Origin: Actinomycetota bacterium
GTDB lineage: Bacteria; Actinomycetota; CADDZG01; JAHWKV01; JAOPZY01
Length of the DNA stretch: 64,000 bases
Reading direction: 5' to 3'
Assembly: GCA_035765775.1 (NCBI GenBank)
Contig: DASTWV010000059.1
Location: 353,555 to 417,554, forward strand
Positions 61,272 through 64,000 of this stretch are shown here, piece by piece (positions within the stretch are counted from its first letter, which is position 1; each line of letters starts with the position of its first letter). The translations under genes were made by a program, and so were the position numbers. The notes beneath the pieces are model-generated. The model searched no databases, had not been told where the DNA came from, and worked only from the letters and a program-made list of their open reading frames with translations.

Positions 61272-61661
61272 TCAGGTCAGGAGGCGCTGCAGGGCGATCC
61301 GGGCCTCCTCGCTGGTGGCGGCCTGCGCCGCCATGTCCTGGGCGAGGGCGGTGACCCAGTCAGCCAGCGCCAGGCGGTCATTCTTCAGCACGATCCCCCG
61401 GACCGCCTTGGCCCGGGTGCAGTCCACGGTCCCGGACCCGTCGGAGTCGAGGGTGTAACGGCAGTCCCCCAGGGCGATGGCGATGCGGCGGACCACCTTG
61501 TCGTGCGAGAGCAGCTTGCGGGCGTGGCGCTCCACCTGCACATGGCCCGGCAGAGCGCCCTCGAGCTTGGTGGCCAGGGCCTCGACGTAGGTGTGGGTGT
61601 CGGCGTCATCGGCCCGCAAGGATGCCGCCACCATTTCGAAGTCGTCGGGCTGCCCGTCCAT
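61272..61661 (-). CDS. Hypothetical protein (129 aa)
   Basis: Coding-like ORF directly upstream of the YbjQ-domain pair. No recognisable family. Confidence 0.4.
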   Translation of the reverse strand: MDGQPDDFEMVAASLRADDADTHTYVEALATKLEGALPGHVQVERHARKLLSHDKVVRRIAIALGDCRYTLDSDGSGTVDCTRAKAVRGIVLKNDRLALADWVTALAQDMAAQAATSEEARIALQRLLT

Positions 61662-61722
61662 CGTCGCTCCTCTGGCTCCGTCGGCCCGACCAGTGTCCCA
61701 GACACCGGCAGTGCCCGCCGGG

Positions 61723-63132
61723 CTACGACCCCTTGAACACCGAGTCCGGGCAGAAGACGGTGCCCACCGGACCGTAGGGGTTGAGCGGGCCGGAGCAGTG
61801 GGCGCTCTTGGCGAAGCCGCTGGTCAGGGCGTCCTGGATGGCCAGGGATCCCTCGACGAACATCTGCGCGGCAAACAGGACCACGCACAGCCCGATCACC
61901 GCCCGGGCCCGCCCCCGCCCCCGCTGGCCGGCGAGCCACCGGGCGAGGGCGGCGAGGGCGACGGCGTCGGTGACGAAGAACACGGGCAGCCAGTCGGCGA
62001 AGTACCGGAAGGTCTCGCCCGGGAACATCATGAACAGGGCCAGAGCGCCGAGCGCCCCCACGAGCAGCACAGCGGCGGCCTCGAGAGCCGGGTCGGGCCC
62101 CCGCGCCCGCCGCCAGGTACGCGCCCTCCGGGCGATCATCACGAGAGCGATCACCAGCAGGAGGAAGCACAGTGGCAGGGCGTCCTCGACGCTGGTGGTG
62201 GGCTCCCAGACCGTTTCGCCGCGCCGGGCGGGCCAGAGCCGGAGGGGATGGTCCTGGGCCAGCCCGACGTAGGGCGAGCTGGAGTACAGCCGGAGGGCGT
62301 TGGGCTGCAGGTCCGACACCACCTTGGTGGGCAGAAGGGCCGGGTTCAAGCCGGCGAAGTGCTCGAAGGTGGCGATGCGTTTCGGGTTGCCTCCCAGCAG
62401 CAGCTGGTGGGCGTAGGGCGGCGACGTGTGACCGAATTTGGCGACATCCACCACCGATGGGGTGACCAGTGCCACCAGGGCACCCGCGAGGACGAGCACG
62501 CCCCAGGCCCGCCGGGAACGCAGGAAGAGCCAGGCACCCACCACCACCGTGGCGAAGAGGGCGGATGCACCTGAGGTGGGGCGGGCGTTCGTGGCCAGGA
62601 TGTCGGCCGCCACGAGGACCACGATCGTTGCCGCCCGGGGCCGGGAGCGCAGGGCGATCGCCGCCCCCATGGCCACCGAGGCGAACGCCGCCCCCCAAAG
62701 GATGGCCTCCTCGTAGACCAGCGGCCGGGCAACCAACCAGAGCAGCGGGGAGGCCCCCAGGGCGGGGGCCGAGGCCGTGATGCCGACGACCCAGTTCGCC
62801 CGCCGGCTGAGTCCGGGGGCCCACAGCGCCACCAGCTGGCGGGAGATCCACCAGCCGCCGGCTGCCAGCACCAGGAAGCCGAGGTTGAAGTACAGGGATT
62901 CCCAACGCAGCCCTTTGGCGTGGGACCCCAGCAGGGCCACCACCGGCAGGCGCAGCAGGGTGGGCGTGATACCGAAATACCCGTAGCACTTGTGCCCCCG
63001 CATGAAGCACTCGAAGGTGAGGCTGCTGTAGGGCACGTCGAGGTGGCCGTGGAGCAACGAGATGGCCGCCACCGTGTAGTAGTGCTCCCGGTGGCCGATC
63101 CGGCTGGCCAGCGGGAACCCACCGTGGCCCAC
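61723..63132 (-). CDS. Polytopic integral membrane protein, possibly a GT-C-type (ArnT/PMT-like) glycosyltransferase
   Basis: At least 10 hydrophobic helices. Overall architecture resembles lipid-carrier-dependent glycosyltransferases. No strong motif identified. Confidence 0.45.
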   Translation of the reverse strand: MGHGGFPLASRIGHREHYYTVAAISLLHGHLDVPYSSLTFECFMRGHKCYGYFGITPTLLRLPVVALLGSHAKGLRWESLYFNLGFLVLAAGGWWISRQLVALWAPGLSRRANWVVGITASAPALGASPLLWLVARPLVYEEAILWGAAFASVAMGAAIALRSRPRAATIVVLVAADILATNARPTSGASALFATVVVGAWLFLRSRRAWGVLVLAGALVALVTPSVVDVAKFGHTSPPYAHQLLLGGNPKRIATFEHFAGLNPALLPTKVVSDLQPNALRLYSSSPYVGLAQDHPLRLWPARRGETVWEPTTSVEDALPLCFLLLVIALVMIARRARTWRRARGPDPALEAAAVLLVGALGALALFMMFPGETFRYFADWLPVFFVTDAVALAALARWLAGQRGRGRARAVIGLCVVLFAAQMFVEGSLAIQDALTSGFAKSAHCSGPLNPYGPVGTVFCPDSVFKGS

Positions 63133-63335
63133 CCAGGCGTACAGGAGCCAGGAGGCCGCCGCCGTGAGGAGGAAGGCGGTGTCGAAGGGGTGGGCCGCGG
63201 CCCATGCCCGCAGGCCGATGCGCCCGGCGAGGCCCTCCCGGGGCGCGGTGGCCTCGGGATGGCTGCGCAGCGTGTCGATCGACCCCTCCGTTCCTCAGGC
63301 TTCGGACCGCCCGAGGCTACAACGTCGGCCCGCCC

Positions 63336-64000
63336 CTACAGGGTGCGCGGGTTCGGGCGCTCGGTGTCGATGCCGTAGCGCTCGATAGCCTCGGCCACCG
63401 TCTCGGGCTTCACGTCGCCGGCCTCCGCCAGGGCCGAGAGGGTGGCGACGACGATGTGTTCGGCATCGATCTCGAAGTGGCGGCGGAGGTTCTCCCGGGT
63501 GTCGCTGCGCCCGAAGCCGTCCGTGCCCAGGACCTCGTAGCGGCCAGGGATGAAGCGGGCGATCATGTCGGGCACTGCCTTGACCCAGTCACTGGCGGCG
63601 ATGACCGGCCCCTCCGTCCCCTCGAGTGCCTGGGTGACGAAGGGGACCCGGCGGGCCTCGCCCGGGTGGAGCCGGTTCCAGCGCTCCGCTTCGAGAGCCT
63701 CCTCCCGGAGCAACTTGTAGCTGGTGACGCTCCAGACGTCGGCGGCGACGTCGTGGTCGGCGGCCAGCATCTGCTGCGCCCGCAGCACCTGGGTGGCCAG
63801 GATCGACCCGGAGCCCAGGAGCTGGGCCCGGTGCGTGCGCCCGCCTGCGGCGGGTGCCACCAGGTGGATCCCGGCCAGGATGCCCTCGTCGCTGCCCGCC
63901 GGCTTGGGCGGCATCACGTAGTTCTCGTTGTAGAGCGTCAGGTAGAAGAAGACGTCCTCCACCGGCTGGCCCGAGCCGAGCATCCGGCGCAGCCCATCCC
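63336..64000 (-). CDS. aceE: Pyruvate dehydrogenase E1 component (homodimeric AceE type), C-terminal part; the gene continues beyond the window
   Basis: ...FFYLTLYNENYVMP...LLGSGSILATQVLRAQQMLAADHDVAADVWSVTSYKLLREEA...LGTDGFGRSDTRENLRRHFEIDAEHIVVATL matches the AceE C-terminus. The frame is open to the window edge. Confidence 0.8.
   Translation of the reverse strand, partial: DGLRRMLGSGQPVEDVFFYLTLYNENYVMPPKPAGSDEGILAGIHLVAPAAGGRTHRAQLLGSGSILATQVLRAQQMLAADHDVAADVWSVTSYKLLREEALEAERWNRLHPGEARRVPFVTQALEGTEGPVIAASDWVKAVPDMIARFIPGRYEVLGTDGFGRSDTRENLRRHFEIDAEHIVVATLSALAEAGDVKPETVAEAIERYGIDTERPNPRTL

Noticed and set aside
61385-63205. 606-aa minus-strand ORF overlapping the membrane-protein gene in another frame
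   Set aside because: Pro/Arg/Gly-rich translation. The 61723-63132 frame gives a coherent polytopic membrane protein instead.

Overview
This is a high-GC (~70%) chromosomal segment that looks actinobacterial. Gene order matches conserved Mycobacterium/Corynebacterineae housekeeping loci: phoH-ybeY-corC-era-recO; hrcA-dnaJ-rsmE; hemW-lepA / rpsT / holA; prfB-ftsE-ftsX-smpB-ssrA; hpf-secA; ahcY; and manA-like/pmm-whiB. Accessory content is interleaved with these blocks:
- two secreted CAP/PR-1-domain paralogs flanking a degenerate IS1380-family element;
- a dense signal-transduction cluster (PAS protein, REC-HisKA_3 kinase, REC-EAL-GAF-PAS phosphodiesterase, REC-HPt protein, LuxR regulator, USP), which I rate as the best candidate for an undescribed multi-step phosphorelay controlling c-di-GMP;
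- a phosphoketolase-acetate kinase operon;
- an envelope glycoconjugate operon in which a UgtP/MGDG-synthase-like GT28 glycosyltransferase is fused to a CE4 deacetylase, next to a second CE4 and a GT87-like membrane glycosyltransferase;
- an FtsEX-linked coiled-coil M23 peptidase inserted between ftsX and smpB;
- two adjacent paralogs that each carry tandem YbjQ/DUF74 domains.
RNA and regulatory features I can see directly: a tmRNA (ssrA) downstream of smpB, a near-consensus CIRCE operator upstream of hrcA, the prfB programmed +1 frameshift site, and several tandem DNA repeats. My own coordinates are counted by hand and may be off by 1-2 nt; coordinates taken from the ORF track are exact.
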